A DNA stretch of 62,987 nt, the filler included, from Sluysia triapertura (taxonomy: Eukaryota): the NCBI GenBank assembly GCA_046118255.1. It is 4 parts of 4 records of this genome, joined end to end, with 100 filler letters (N's around TTAATTAATTAA, not from the genome) between each part and the next. Parts side by side here need not be neighbours in the genome. Positions count along the whole stretch, not along the records: positions 1 to 21,985 come from JBJNIA010237330.1; positions 22,086 to 33,734 come from JBJNIA010182479.1; 2 more parts are not named here. One strand, written 5' to 3'. Shown here in pieces: positions 11,600 through 24,783 of the stretch (position 1 is the first letter of the stretch; each line of letters begins with the position of its first letter). The translations under genes and the position numbers were made by a program. The notes beneath the pieces were generated by a model. The model worked only from the letters and a program-made list of their open reading frames with translations, had not been told where the DNA came from and did no database searches.

Positions 11600-14500
11600 C
11601 TGTGGTACTTGGTGTTACAAAATTCTAAAATTCTTCTGTTTTATTATTATCTTATTTTGTTGTGCAGTGACATTTATTATGGAAATTTATATTAAGTATG
11701 TCTACTAAATGCTATCTAGACAATGAAAGTCTTTATCAAAAATACTATACCTAAACATTTGTTAAATTAAATAAATCCATAAGTTATATTATTTTCAGTA
11801 ACATTTCATTTCCAACAGAGATAATAATCGGTCGTCAAACATCCTTAGTTCGAACTTCAGAAATCGCATCTATAAACTTTTATCACTTAAATTTGATATA
11901 AGATAATAAATGCAAAAAAATCTTCATTTTAACCTTTACTTAACCTTTACACAAAAAAGTTGAGAAGAAATATTTTTTGTTTCACTAAGTCTGAATTTCC
12001 TGCAAAAGTCTCCAGTGACTTGTGTTGATATTCGTCATAATTAAATCAACACAATTGCATCAACTCATACACTATGATTCGACAATGAAAGTCGTCCACT
12101 CACCATTAAGTGAATTAATTTGTAAGTTTCCTATATCTATACTGGAAGAAATGAGTGTAATTTATTGCTTAGGAAGATATCTCAGCGTATCTTCAATAGC
12201 ATTCACTGTTTAAATATATGAATATTGATACTTAAGGAAAGGTTCACATACATCGTGTAAAATATTTGTTTTAAATATAAAAGTGTTTAAATATAAACTG
12301 ATAATTTATTTAAAATCTGTGGTTGATGATGGGTTACCGAGTAATGAATAATGTTTTATTAGTAAATTTTGAAATAAATTAATGGTTTGCGCTTGTAGTT
12401 TAAAAGTTTTAGTTGTCTTTGAAGGCTTATAAATATTGTTATAAGATTTCAAATCTAAATTCTCTAAAGTATTAATGTATTTAGGTAAAGAATTTATTGG
12501 AAAGCCGAGTACTTCAAAGTTTAGTTTAAATTTATGAATAAATGATATAGTTGTGATGAAATTTGAAGTTGACGTTAGATTTTTTTATAGGTGTTTCTAA
12601 ATATTCGAATTCATTAACTTTTACAATTCTATAAAGTTTATGAAATAATTTCATCGGTGCAATACAATTCACTCTAATCGTTATTACAATATATTTACTC
12701 AGTTTAGATAATTTTATCCTAATAAAAAAATTTATTAATATATAAAAACTATCATGAAACTTTATTGCTTGATTAAAAACAAAAGTTATAAATACATGTC
12801 TTGAAACCACATTGATTATGACTCTAATATTTACAATTCTGTTGTTCCACCATTATACTCGCTGTACTTCTTGGATCCGGCATAATAGTTTGTATTCTTG
12901 TTTCATATCTATTCGTAACAACATGATTATTAGTTCCTGCGATATAGTTGACAGTTTGCATCTGCTTGAACGGATGAAAATTTCGAATAAATTCTTGACC
13001 AACTACGGGTAAAGAAAAATGCATTACAGTTGCGGGTGAATTTATCACAACGATATTTAAAACTAAATTACTGGAATATTCTAAATTACTTGAAGATTCT
13101 AACGAAAATTCGTAAACCAAAGAATACAAGAAATTATTTAGATCAGATTTTATATGCTTAATTTTCTTATCTTCAACCACTTTACAAGGATCTTTGATAC
13201 GTTTAATTATAAAACTACACGAGAAGTTATCTAATCCTGTAGGGATCAATTTTACGCACAGACTAAATTTTCTCCATTTCTTACGTTGAACAGATAGATC
13301 CCAAATAGACAGCAACTTATTAGAAATTAAATAGTTAATCATGCATCTTCGTTGTCCATTCCTTTTCCAAATTCATTATTTCTTGACACTGTATATCATG
13401 ATTGAAAGATGATGTTATTTTATTCATACTAATATAACAAATAGATTAACTATTTGAAAAATGATACAACATGAAATTAGAATCAGAATATTCATAGATA
13501 ACATGGAGAAAACATATTGGTATCATTGAAAAGCATTTGCTTTCGCTGTATTGTGTGACCATTTTCTTTTTCATAGATTCTATAGCATTAATATTGAAAT
13601 TTTGTCGCAAATTATCCATAATAACAATAAGTTTAAAATTTTAAGTGTCGTGTCTACAAAAATTTTTGTAATTGAGCCAGTGTATTGAAAAATTGAAATT
13701 GCTATTTTTTAGTCTGCTTAATTTTTATTGCTGGAAATTTTCGTTTTTCAATTTTTAATATGCCAAATCAGAGTGTCATCAATGATTTTCAGCAAATTGT
13801 TCTCTGATTGGGCAATAAATGAAACTGATTAAAATTGATTTTTACAAAGTTTGTTTGATTACTGACTGTCATCAACGCTGGCAGCTAATAAAAAATGTGA
13901 ATAGGCTGTCAGTGTTGGTGATGGCAGCAACTAGTTTGAACAGCAATAATTAAATTTCATTTAATTTTACATTTAGCGATCAATGAGAATAATAATAACA
14001 ACAGTAATAATAATGAAAATGATAAAATTATTGCTATTATTAATTTTATAAAAACTAAGAAAAACGCATAATTCTTTGAAAATCTTGAACACGAACTTTC
14101 TGTTGTACTCTTTTATTCTACATATAAATAAAAGGAATAAAAATGATTGTCATATTGTGAAGGAACAACAAAAACAAATTATATAATGTATCATTTGTGG
14201 TTGTTGCTTCACAGTGTGATAATGAAATCTTTAAAGTTATTTAAAATTTGTTTTGAAAGATGTAATGGTTTAAGTTGTAGATGAAATGAAGAATGTTAGA
14301 ATAATTTATTGAAACTTATTGAAGGTTCATAGTTTGAAAACAAAATCTATGTATTAGATAGAATGGTTTGAATTGCTTAATGAAAGGTTGAAGTATTTTT
14401 AATTTTGAATGACGATTACAAAATAAATCTTAATATATTATAATGTTATTGCGAGTAATTGTTAATATTGAATATGTGTATACGAAATGGGTTTAGGTTG

Positions 14501-14702
14501 ATGTAGTTGATTGAAGGTTTTGATGTCAATGATTTATATTTCTAAGGTACTTGTCAGCATTGTTGAATAATGCTATTATGTTTATGATTTATGAACTTTA
14601 TATTGTGATTGTGATTTGTTTGTTAAAATATCTTATGAGTAAATGTTGTGAATTGTTCGAGATTAAATGTCCAACAAGGTGTTGTGTTGTTTGCTGCCAC
14701 CA
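11600..14702 (-). mobile_element. Gypsy-leader-derived cassette, copy A
   Basis: On the minus strand: TGGTGGCAGC (14702-14693; complementary to the tRNA-Leu 3' end, a known Gypsy PBS), A/C-rich leader, TTA-rich tract, hairpin 13866-13924, 34-nt motif 13745-13712 shared with the pre-gag region at 51526-51560, long decayed ORF, and TGTAAC (possible 3' LTR start) near 11618. Confidence 0.6.
11800..13619 (-). pseudogene. Decayed intronless orphan ORF (about 600 codons if restored)
   Basis: Starts MDNLRQNFNINAIESMKKKMVTQYSESKCFSMIPICFLHVIYEY at 13619. It continues through frameshifts into ORFs 13342-12824 and 12810-12532 and on to about 11800. No recognisable domain. Confidence 0.5.
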
Positions 14703-15245
14703 AATAAATAAGAAAGGCGAGAGTTCATGTAATGTTTTACAAAAAATTTAATTTTGTTTTAAATAAACATCTATATTTTTACTATATTTTTGGTTACTTT
14801 TACACAACGAATACATTTAATTCGATGTTATACAATATCAGTTATTATAACAAATGAAGTTGTTTTATTCAATTAATATTAAATTTCTCATTTTTCCACC
14901 TCAAAACTCTTTTTCCTTTTTATTTCTGTGACTTGTTATAAATCTAGGCCAAAAAAGTGAACATTACTTTGACGATCATGTCGAAAAAAATCATGCGTTA
15001 AGTGATTAATATTTAAATGTTTAAAATGTTGAAATATCTTTATAAAAATTTTTAGCACACTATTTTACAGTCTTTTCTAGAAATTTGTGAGACTTGGAGG
15101 ACTTGTGATAGTAATTGTTGTGGTGCATAATATGTCAAATTGATGCTTCTCTGTTTATCTTCAAGAAATCTTAAATTACAAAAACAAATTATATTTTGAT
15201 AATATTTTGATTATAGTTTATAATGTAAAATTGTTTCGCTGTCAG

Positions 15246-18200
15246 CTGATTACAAGTGAACGTGAAGTGCGGACAAACAGAGAACAAGAAATTCATGCAC
15301 GAATTAATGAAGTTACTGAGAGAGCTACGGCTAGCCAATCAGAAGCTCTGGATAATATTAAAGAAGATATACATGTAAGTTCGATTATAATTGATCTTGA
15401 TTTTTATTGGTTAAGAAAATGTCCAATAAAATAGCAAATGCAGTTCATCAATTGGAAAGTGGTATTCGATTGGTAGAACAAAATAATGATGAAAAAATGA
15501 GAAAGCATTACCAAATAACGATTTCCGAAATTGGAGCTCGGTTATTGATTGTTTTTAAGAAAAAGTATTTATTTAAAATACACCACAATGAAATAAATGT
15601 TACACTAAAATTTTTAAAAAATTTATTAATCTATATTTAGTAAATAGAAAAAATTACAATTAATAATTAATCAAGCAGCAAGACTAATTCTCCAAGTGGG
15701 AAGAAGATCTAATGTAACACATTGGTTACCAATAAAATCAAGAAAGAATTCAAAATCATGACAATAATTTACAAATTCTTACATTACGGAAGTCCTGGAT
15801 ATCTTTTAGAAATAATAAAGATTTGGAAACCAAGATGAATATACTTCATTGAGACATGATAATAATCTGTACAGAATACGCAGTGATAATAAGAGCTAGG
15901 TGATATGTTGTATACCGTTTATGTTTCAAAAATATACAAGCAGTACTACCAGAGAATGTCAAATTACTGGAAGATTATGAAATATTTAAGACTTATTTTA
16001 AGTGCTTTTAAGTACTTAATTTGTAGTAGATATGAGCGCAATAAAATTAATACTTCAATAGACTTGCAAACCTTTTATAACGATGAACATAAATATACAA
16101 CTTGAAAAAAGGGCTACAACTAAATTGCTTTTACAAAAATTCTACTATATTTATTAATTTGTTGTTTGTTTCTTAAATAATAATTTACTGATGACAGATG
16201 TTGCAGATGAACTCAGTTAGTCAAATTGTTCAATATTACATGATCCCGACATCTCTGAGACGAAATACAATCTAAGTAATCGTCAGCAGTGATTAAGTAG
16301 CTTTTGCAAATTTACAGAAAACTGTGTCCCGTTTTTTGTATTTTTATACTTTCATCTATTTGTGTGATTCATGATTTGTTTTTTCGCTTAAACGTGTGTG
16401 CAAATAAGAAAAAAATATACTCGTGTTTTATTTTTATACATGTAAATGATTATTATTTACGACAAAGTATGTGTGTATTTATCTTGAAATAATACAACTT
16501 AGGTAAACAATAACACTCACAACAGAAATGGCAAAGCCAATAACTCTTCAAACAGTGGGTTAAATATAAGTACGCCTTAAACATAGTTGGAAAACAGAAC
16601 AATAACAACGATCCAAATAGATTATTAATTGATGATCCAATAATTGTCGGTTTGTAATCACTGACAAATTGGAACTATTGTATAAAGATAAATATTATTT
16701 TTTAAGTGAAATATCAGGTAGCAAGTTGTTTGAATGTTCGAATATCTATTGTATCATCAAAATATCTATTGTATTATCAAAATAGTGGAGGGCAGACAGT
16801 CTTTGATGAGCGTGTACTATTAGCTCGTGGAATACCTTTAAAGGTTATTTAAAGTACATATTAAATTCTTATACAATTTTAGATATTACGAATTAATAAA
16901 TAAATATCTCCATGGTTACTAAACTTTTAAAGTTATTTCATACAATTCAGGAAGAAGCTCCAAGACACAACTCGCGGAGATGTCCAAATACTCGAGGAAC
17001 GAATCCGAGCAGCTACTGCAGCAATGCAGTTGGCCATTTCCGGCCTTGCTAATCGTATAAGAGATCAAAGCGACTTAGATCAAGTGAATCTATTACTTGT
17101 CGAATAAAACTACTTATTTAGTTGCGGCAAGATTTAGAAAGACGATGTGCTGATTCGCAGCTTTATTTAAGTCGAACTATGGCTGATGTAGATATCCAAT
17201 TACAGCAAATGTCCAATCAAATATCTTCAATTTCTATTACTGTTGAATCACGTTTATCTCAGGTTATTATTTGACTAACTGTTTCTATAAAATATATTTT
17301 GCTAGGCAACCAGTGACTTGGCGACGGAAGTTCGTGACACTTTAGCATCAGTGCTGACTTGGCAGGCCAACAGTAGTGCTCATTTGAGAGAAATGCAAAA
17401 TATACGAGTGTCAATCATGCAAGAAGTACTTATAATAATCAGTAATTATAAATAATCACTTTTCCAGTTGTCGAAAATGCAGTTAACTTTGAACCATATA
17501 GAATCAGAAATTCCTGCTCAAGTAACTATGGAAACTGATGAAAGGTTTTTTTCATTTTTTGTTTGTTACATAAATAAAACGTGATAAGTAGGAATAAATA
17601 TGTAAAATCTACAATTAGAAATAAAATTAGAATAAATTAAACTTTAGATTAAATAAAGATGAATTAAAATATTAAATAGAACTATCATTCACTGTACACT
17701 AAAGGAATCATTGTATAATAAATGAATTAACGAAACTATTATTGTGAATAATCCAGCGGAAAATTAATTGTGATATTTTGGGGGTACGAAAACCTGACAC
17801 TGTTTTTTTGGTGTTTTTATTCTGAAGTTATTAAAAATGATTTCATATTTTTAAACAGATTCTTTACTATATTAATTCTCTTAATTATGTATTCATCCAA
17901 GAAAATATTAAAATAACATTTAAGACATTTATTAAATGAAGTTATCAAAATTTTTATAAATATTCGATTATGAATCCAAAATCTGCGTAATGATAAATGT
18001 TTATTAATTTTCGAAAATGCTATGGTCCATACACTAAGTATAATTCTTAAAAATAAAAATATGATCATGATGAAGTAATTAAATTTGTAAAGTATAATGA
18101 TTTACCTTAAAAAACTTTGTTCATTTATATTGTATACAGCATTCTCAATTTTACGAGTACATGGATCATTTTGAAATGTATGGTCATTTATTGGAGAAAT

Positions 18201-20676
18201 TGTTTTAGTCGATTTTAATTTAATGTAAATAATAAGTTGATAATACGTTCCGAATGATCGTTGAGTATCTTGTCATCATAGAAAGCATGTTGAGAACCAG
18301 TATAACCATGAGAATATATAGTACGAGAATATCTGAAGTACCATAGAAACATTGTCCGGTTTTGTAATGACGTAAATAATAGGGAAGTTCTGTAACTCCT
18401 GCATTTTTGAGAGAATGTTGATTACTAAATTCACTTGATACATCTAAAGTTTCTTCCGCACTTATAGGTACAAGCACGTGGCTTAAATAATCAAGATCAT
18501 TATATTTCATGAGGTACAGCTATGATGTACTTCTCTTTGATAGCATTATGTAAAATTATTTTCTAACATATTCACATCATAAGAATTCATCATTGAAAAC
18601 TTTTAATAAACCAAGTAATGTTTTTAATAAAATTGTAAAACTTTTTAATTTATATTTGAGACTAGGATAACTGAGCTCTCTCTTTTACTTTGATGTACTA
18701 ACTTTTAATAGTGTTTTTACTGAAATAATTGTGATTGTGATTACCACTATATCAAAAACCAAGTATAAATAAACAAACCTGATTTAAAAAGGTATTACTT
18801 GATATTCATTGAACAATATTATTTGGATTACAAAGGTATTATTTGGTTGTTATAATAAGATTTGATTTAACGATAAATCCCCTTTAAATAATAATTGTTT
18901 TATTGATATCAGAATAATATATTTAAATTTAATAACTTTAACGTAATTACGTATGTTATTCATAGTTATATTTTATCATCTAAAGTATTTGTCTATTTGA
19001 TAGACTGTCTTATAATTTGCCATTTGAATAAATAAATTTTGAATTTCAGACGTATTAGATAAGATTGCACTAACATTTCTTCCATCAGAGACGAGCGAAC
19101 TGTAACCTTCAGATTAACATAACATTTGTTAAGATTTTAATAAATGCTAGGTACAAACGATTAAGAACAAGGACTTTAACTCGTATCAGATAACAGAAAG
19201 TAAATAAAGTCACAGTCAACTTGATAACATCCACCGAGGTTTCATCATTATCTATTCTGTTTTGAAATGAGTAGGGAAACAATTTCTGAGGAAACACGAC
19301 TTGGAGAGACCATTAGCTATAGAAACGATTGTCGAATAGAAGTATAATTATGTGAAAAAGGAAAGGATTGAATGAATCAAGTTTCGTTGATCCAACAATA
19401 AAACGATCATTTTTCGACGTTTAATTAGTATTAGTGATTGTATTTTGTATTTCATATCTCACTCTTTCTGTGTCAATCTTGTCGATTTTCTTTAAATTAT
19501 TTTCATTTAATATTAATCATTTTGAATTATTTGTTGCTGCATCTTATTGTAGCAGCATGTTTGTACCTTTTAATTGGCTTCATCAAACATCGTTTTGTGC
19601 AATACGTTTACTTACAATGATCATCGAGAACATTATTTAATTAACAATATTTTCGATAGGTTTTTTAAATATGTTTTTACAAATTTGTCGTGCTGCGTGA
19701 TGTTTGTACTTTTTTATATAAAGATTATCTTTGTGTATTTGGCTCTAGTGTTACTACGCAACAGAGAGTGTCGAAATGATTCGCCATGCGGTCGCCCAGA
19801 ACTATTATCAATAAAATTATCGTTAGCAAACTCATTTGGTTCCAGTCGGTAAAGTGAAAAGATTGGATAAATGGGTTCCTTATGAACTGAATAAAAAACA
19901 GAAAGAAAAGGGTTTCGAAGCTCGTTTGATGATGCTTCGGCACAGATTTGATCCATTTTTGAATCTAACTGTCACTCTTGATGAGAACTGGCTCCAATAT
20001 TTATCAAAAGAAGATGATGCAATAAGATAGACTAAATGATGCAAAAACTTAAAGAAAAACCGCCTAGATCGACTTCTATCTTATTGTATGATAATGCTAG
20101 ACCACACAGTGAACTTTCTTCATCATCCTCCACACTCTCCAGACCTAGTCACCTCTGACTACTTCTTCTTCCACAATTTGGACAACTTTTAATATGAAAA
20201 CAATTTAATGTTGTAAAACTGGCCTTCCAGGAATTCATTGACTCTTGTCCATCAGGATTGTATACCACTGACTTATACAACTTTCCGCTTAAATGACAAA
20301 AGTGTATAGACACTGTGGGTGCATGGTTTGATGAATTAAACAATTCCTTATATTTGTAAGTTATCAACCAGCTTTGCCTTTATTAGAAGTAGTAGTAGTT
20401 TGTCTAATATGTACTAATGATATAAATCACATCTATTCAGAATCAATGCTATTGCGGATATTCGTCATCAAATGGAGACATTACGAATAGCAGTGAATAC
20501 ACAACCGCCAGTAAAAGAAGTTGATATAGATAAGGTGAATAGTTTAAAATATTTCATTTATGTACTTTAAATTTACATATATAAATCAGATTCGAGAAAG
20601 TATTCGAAAACTGGCTGAAACTTTACAAACTATGAAGTCTTCGATTGGAATGAAGCTTCAATCCGAACAAGAAATG
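15246..20676 (+). CDS. CCDC154: CCDC154-like coiled-coil protein, internal part. Exons 15246-15374, 15416-15540, 16951-17083, 17122-17262, 17306-17425, 17468-17544, 20441-20534, 20590-20676
   Basis: Eight GT-AG exons join with compatible phases into an open helical/coiled-coil sequence: LITSEREVRTNREQEIHARINEV...ISEIGARKKLQDTTRGDVQILEERIRAATAAMQLAISGLA...IRESIRKLAETLQTMKSSIGMKLQSEQEM. The last motif resembles the C-terminal conserved block of CCDC154-family proteins as I recall it. Introns are 41, 1410, 38, 43, 42, 2896 and 55 nt. The gene structure is high confidence; the name is moderate. Confidence 0.7.
15645..16050 (+). mobile_element. L2-clade LINE 3' fragment in intron 2 of the CCDC154-like gene
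   Basis: NQAARLILQVGRRSNVT-HWLPIKSR / EFKIMTIIYKFLHYGSPGYL matches the L2 ORF2 C-terminal motif QN.AARLI...R..H.TP.L..LHWLPI..RI.FK....YK...G..P.YL. Confidence 0.8.
17770..18560 (-). pseudogene. Decayed intronless orphan ORF in intron 6 (cassette copy E, 3' part)
   Basis: ORFs 18510-18220 and 18068-17817. The 3' flank TTCGTACCCCCAAAATATCACA matches TTCGTAACCCCCCAATATCACA at the 5' end of copy D (about 29620). Confidence 0.4.
19030..19300 (-). mobile_element. Possible CR1-type LINE RT fragments
   Basis: IDNDETSVDVI (compare LD.G.SVDVIYLDF) and LNRLYLAF (compare L..LY..FVR). Heavily deleted. Confidence 0.3.
19560..20340 (+). mobile_element. Mariner transposase pseudogene (Hsmar1/cecropia-like), internally deleted, in intron 6
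   Basis: GKVKRLDKWVPYELNKKQKEKGFEARLMMLRHRFDPFLNLTVTLDENWLQY; LYDNARPH; HHPPHSPDLVTSDYFFF; AFQEFIDS...QKCIDTVGAWFDE*. These are the WVPHEL, TCDEKW, HDNARPH and YSPDL motifs. Confidence 0.93.
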
Positions 20677-21439
20677 GTAAGTTTTATTGTGTCTTAGTTG
20701 TAATAGGTAGGCATGTCTGTGCCATATCACCTCATCCCTTTCGATCTTACTCGAATGTTTCTTATGGTCTTTTTAAACTTGAAATGATTTTTGTTGGGAA
20801 TATGTCGAGATATGAGACACCTATTTCAACTATCACTTAATCTGACAACCAACAATACTTATATAATTTATACAATATGATATATAATATTATGTTATAT
20901 TGTTTCGTCTTTGAAATGACCCATTACAATAAGTCAGTATCAATATAATTTACTTAAACGGAATCCTAATATTTTCAATACTTATCAAAATAAATTTAAA
21001 TTATCTCAAATTCTACTAGTTTAGTAACGGTAACTATTCAACCCCAACAGAAGTTATATTCTTTAATTCAAATTAATAGCAAAACTCAATGTTATAGTAA
21101 TTACAAAAAAATTAATACAAATTACTACAGTAAATCTCTGCTTTAACAATAATATAAATGAGTCAACTAGAAATGATAACAATTAAAAGAAAGTTAACGA
21201 TAACTTTTATAACAATGTTAAGTACACAATAACCCGTGCAGAGAAAAAGATGTGATGAAATAAAAATTCAAATTTGACAAATAATAATATTTATATCCTT
21301 CCCAAATAATAAAACTATAAAATAAATTGGGCATTGTATCGCCCACAAAGTTAACTTATATTAAAATTGTTTTCCCTGCTCCATAAAATTAAAATAAAAT
21401 TAAAAAATTACTGACGGCATGGAAATGAGCAATATGAAT

Positions 21440-21985
21440 CGTGTTTGCTCTGTGTTATATTCTCTCATCATCCAATCAATCCTAAGTTTCACAATCAAAG
21501 CCGACAATAACAACTTTTAAAATTATATGGTACTGACTGTCAAACTTTATTAGGTACAAAACACAAAAATTTGATTTATTATCAACCATCATTTTCTTTT
21601 ACTCTACTCAATATATTTTTACTTAAATTCTTTTCACATTAAAATAACAATCAACAATATTGTTAACATACGTAAAAAATGAATTTAATTTCACTTTTTA
21701 GAATTTAATTCATTTTCAATTTTTCACACCCAATTTTCTAATGAAAAATGTTTAAGGTTTTTATTTCCAAACAAGCCATTCTGCAAACATTTCAAACTCA
21801 CTTCTAGATTCTCCTCTGTCTGAGCCATCACCCCATATTCAATTCATTATATTTACATCATTCTAAATATTAAAAATTCAACATTCCATAATTAAGTATT
21901 AATTAAATTTTGACTTTGCTCAATATTAAGGCTTTCCTTGCATGAACTCGATCAAACCATACCTTCATCGAAAGGTCTTTTCAAA
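21440..21985 (+). mobile_element. Possible Penelope-like RT remnant
   Basis: TIKADNNNF (compare KADKGN) and GFYFQ...DSPLS (compare Y.Q..G..MGSPLS) appear in the expected order. Very degenerate. Confidence 0.35.
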
Positions 21986-22085
21986 NNNNNNNNNNNNNNN
22001 NNNNNNNNNNNNNNNNNNNNNNNNNNNNNTTAATTAATTAANNNNNNNNNNNNNNNNNNNNNNNNNNNNNNNNNNNNNNNNNNNN
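21986..22085. other. Assembly join: 44 N + TTAATTAATTAA + 44 N
   Basis: The 12-mer gives stop codons in all six frames. Identical constructs at 33735-33834 and 51843-51942. Confidence 0.97.
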
Positions 22086-22142
<57 letters not shown>

Positions 22143-22157
22143 GTAATAATAATAATA
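22086..22157. repeat. (AAT)n microsatellite
   Basis: Near-perfect array at a contig end. Confidence 0.95.
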
Positions 22158-23511
22158 TAAATCAATTATTTAGCTTGTTCAAGTCGTATAACAATCGACC
22201 TATTGACAAATCTTCATTCAAAGTAACAGGTACGTTTATTATATGTACTTTGGTCATAATTAAATAATTATAATACATAATAAAAAATACGTTGAAAAAT
22301 ATCGCTTATAAAGTTTTATAGATGGAATTTTACACCTATTTCGATCAAAATGTGTCTTTTGATACGACTTCAAAATTGTAAATTTCACCACTGGGCCTCA
22401 CAAATATTTATACTTTTTAAAAGTATGAAAATTTTCAAAATCGGTCTTTTGACATCTTCGGTAGAAATTGTGTTAGAGAATTCAAATTTTTTCTACATGA
22501 AACCCGTGCAAAAACTTATTGCATTATATATTTAAATTATTATCATGAAAATGAAAAATTTTTGTTAAATTCAATAAGTTTAGCAATGTTTAATTTCTAA
22601 TTTTCGTTTTTATTTTATTCTTTGCATTATTAAGCAGCGTGAGATTTTTCATATTTTCCATATATTATATTATATATTAAATATATTATTTTATGTTTAC
22701 TCTAAGCTAATACACTGTTTTAATTTTTTTGAAGTCACGATATTTTCTGTATTGTAATAAAATTTTTTGGAAAATTGTACTAAATATATAAATCTTGAAT
22801 TTCCTGTATATATTATTCTTGTAAAATTATCGATCTCTTGTTCTCGTGATTTTTATAGTCTCTGTTTTATATTTATTCTACTTTTTATTTATTCTACTTG
22901 TTTATTAGCAGACACATTTAAAATATTCAGAGTTTTATGAAATAGAATTTAAAAAATCATTAAATATAAAATTAGTATTTTTAAAGTCTAATGTTTTATT
23001 ATTTGTAGTTACGACTTTATTTTTATTGTTGGTTATGTAAATTTTAATAAGTTACCGTCCTTTAATGAAAATGCTTCTCGCTAATAATACAATAAGCTCT
23101 TTTTAATTCTTTAGTGGAAATACTTTCAAGTAATATAATATGCGTTAAGTTTTATGCAGTCTCATGTACGCATTTTATTTTAATTTTCCACTCTTATTCT
23201 AATAAAATTATCAAATTCAAGAGCTTTTAATTTCTTTAACAGTTTTTATATGCTCAAAAAGGATAAGATGGATTTTATTTAATTATTTTAGAATATATTA
23301 AGTCTAGTGAGTTCACTACTCGTCTCTTGTTCAAGAAGGAAAACGGTTTACTAAATTCAAACTTAGCTTTTTTCAAACTTATTTCTCAAATAAATAATTT
23401 AACAATGTAATTATTAAAATAAATTTTTACTCAATAACTCAAGAAAATCAACATACTCAAGAAAAACTTGAAATTTTGGAAATGTAAAGTACAAATACAT
23501 TGTAAACTATA

Positions 23512-23970
23512 AATAAAAACTGCAATGTATGTAAATTTTAATATGTGTAATATACTATAAATAAACTATAAACTGTAAATGTCAAATTGAAATATAATAA
23601 ATAAAAACTGCAATGTATGTAAATTTTTAATATGTGCAATATATTAAGTATAATAAATTTTAAGTAAAGTAATATTTGTAATATTATTATATTTTAATTA
23701 TAAGTAATATTTTAATATTTTAAGTAATAAATATTTTCAACTATATTTTAATGTTCCAGAATAAAGTGAAATAATGATAATTAAGTATTATTATGATTAT
23801 TATTATTATTAACATGTGATATTGTATGTATTATTGAATTTATAAAATTATTAGTATGTTATTGGAGTTGTATTACAAAAATTATTATTATTATTGACTT
23901 GTATGTATTGGATTTATACTATAAAATTATTAGTATGTTATTGGAGTTGTATTACAAAAATTATGATTAT
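23512..23970. repeat. Two local direct duplications (about 36 bp and about 45 bp)
   Basis: AATAAAAACTGCAATGTATGTAAATTTT occurs twice (about 23512 and 23600). TATAAAATTATTAGTATGTTATTGGAGTTGTATTACAAAAATTAT occurs twice (about 23841 and 23920). Confidence 0.85.
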
Positions 23971-24746
23971 TATTATTATTGACTATTTAATATTACAAAA
24001 ATTTTGGATTCGTATTAACTATTAATTATTATTACAAAATCTTGGATTTATACTGATTATTTAATTTTGACTCCTATACTGCACAAAGAGTGTAAAAGGA
24101 GTAAAAATTAAAACAAAAAACACACATTGTGGAAATCGAAGAAGATAAATTTTTGGCCAATCTCGCGTTAACAGTAACAGTGAAGAACAAGAACTCTATT
24201 ATTAAACATTGGTATATTCAATTTTGATTCAGTGAGTAATTATTTATTATTTCATTTTATTTTCTGGAATTTCTTAAAATTTTACTTTATCCTTTATAAA
24301 CAAAAGAAATAAATAAATAATTTTGGAGTGTTATTATTTTATTTTATTTTAAAATCGATCTTTGGGAGTGGTGTCACTACTAAATAAAATATTATCTTGA
24401 AGTATTAATTAGAGTGTAACTCCATAATTATTAAGCATTTCTATCCTAAACAACAGGGACGAGTACGTTAATTCATACCTCCAGTTAAGTTTAATATAAA
24501 GTAATAATATTAGTTGAAGTTCAAAATAACTATAAATTTTGTGAAGAGATTTGAATTGACAAGATAGAGTAAGAGCTTTTATAGTATAAAGTAATATTCA
24601 GACATATTTGAACTTGATATAGATTTAAAGAGATAAAAGCTAAAAATCAAAAGACTTAAAAGAAGTCGAGACAAAAATTTTTACATTAAACTAACAATAA
24701 AAAATTATTACAATAGCAATAATAATAATCATCAACAACAAGCACA

Positions 24747-24783
<37 letters not shown>

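Noticed and set aside
16185-16270. CTGATGA suggesting a hammerhead ribozyme
   Set aside because: No stem II/GAAA core or compatible cleavage-site helices found. The same applies to the CTGATGA near 5212.
16786-16843. Possible extra CCDC154-like exon (GGQTVFDERVLLARGIPLK)
   Set aside because: Including it shifts the next exon out of its coiled-coil frame; 15540 splices to 16951 in phase without it.
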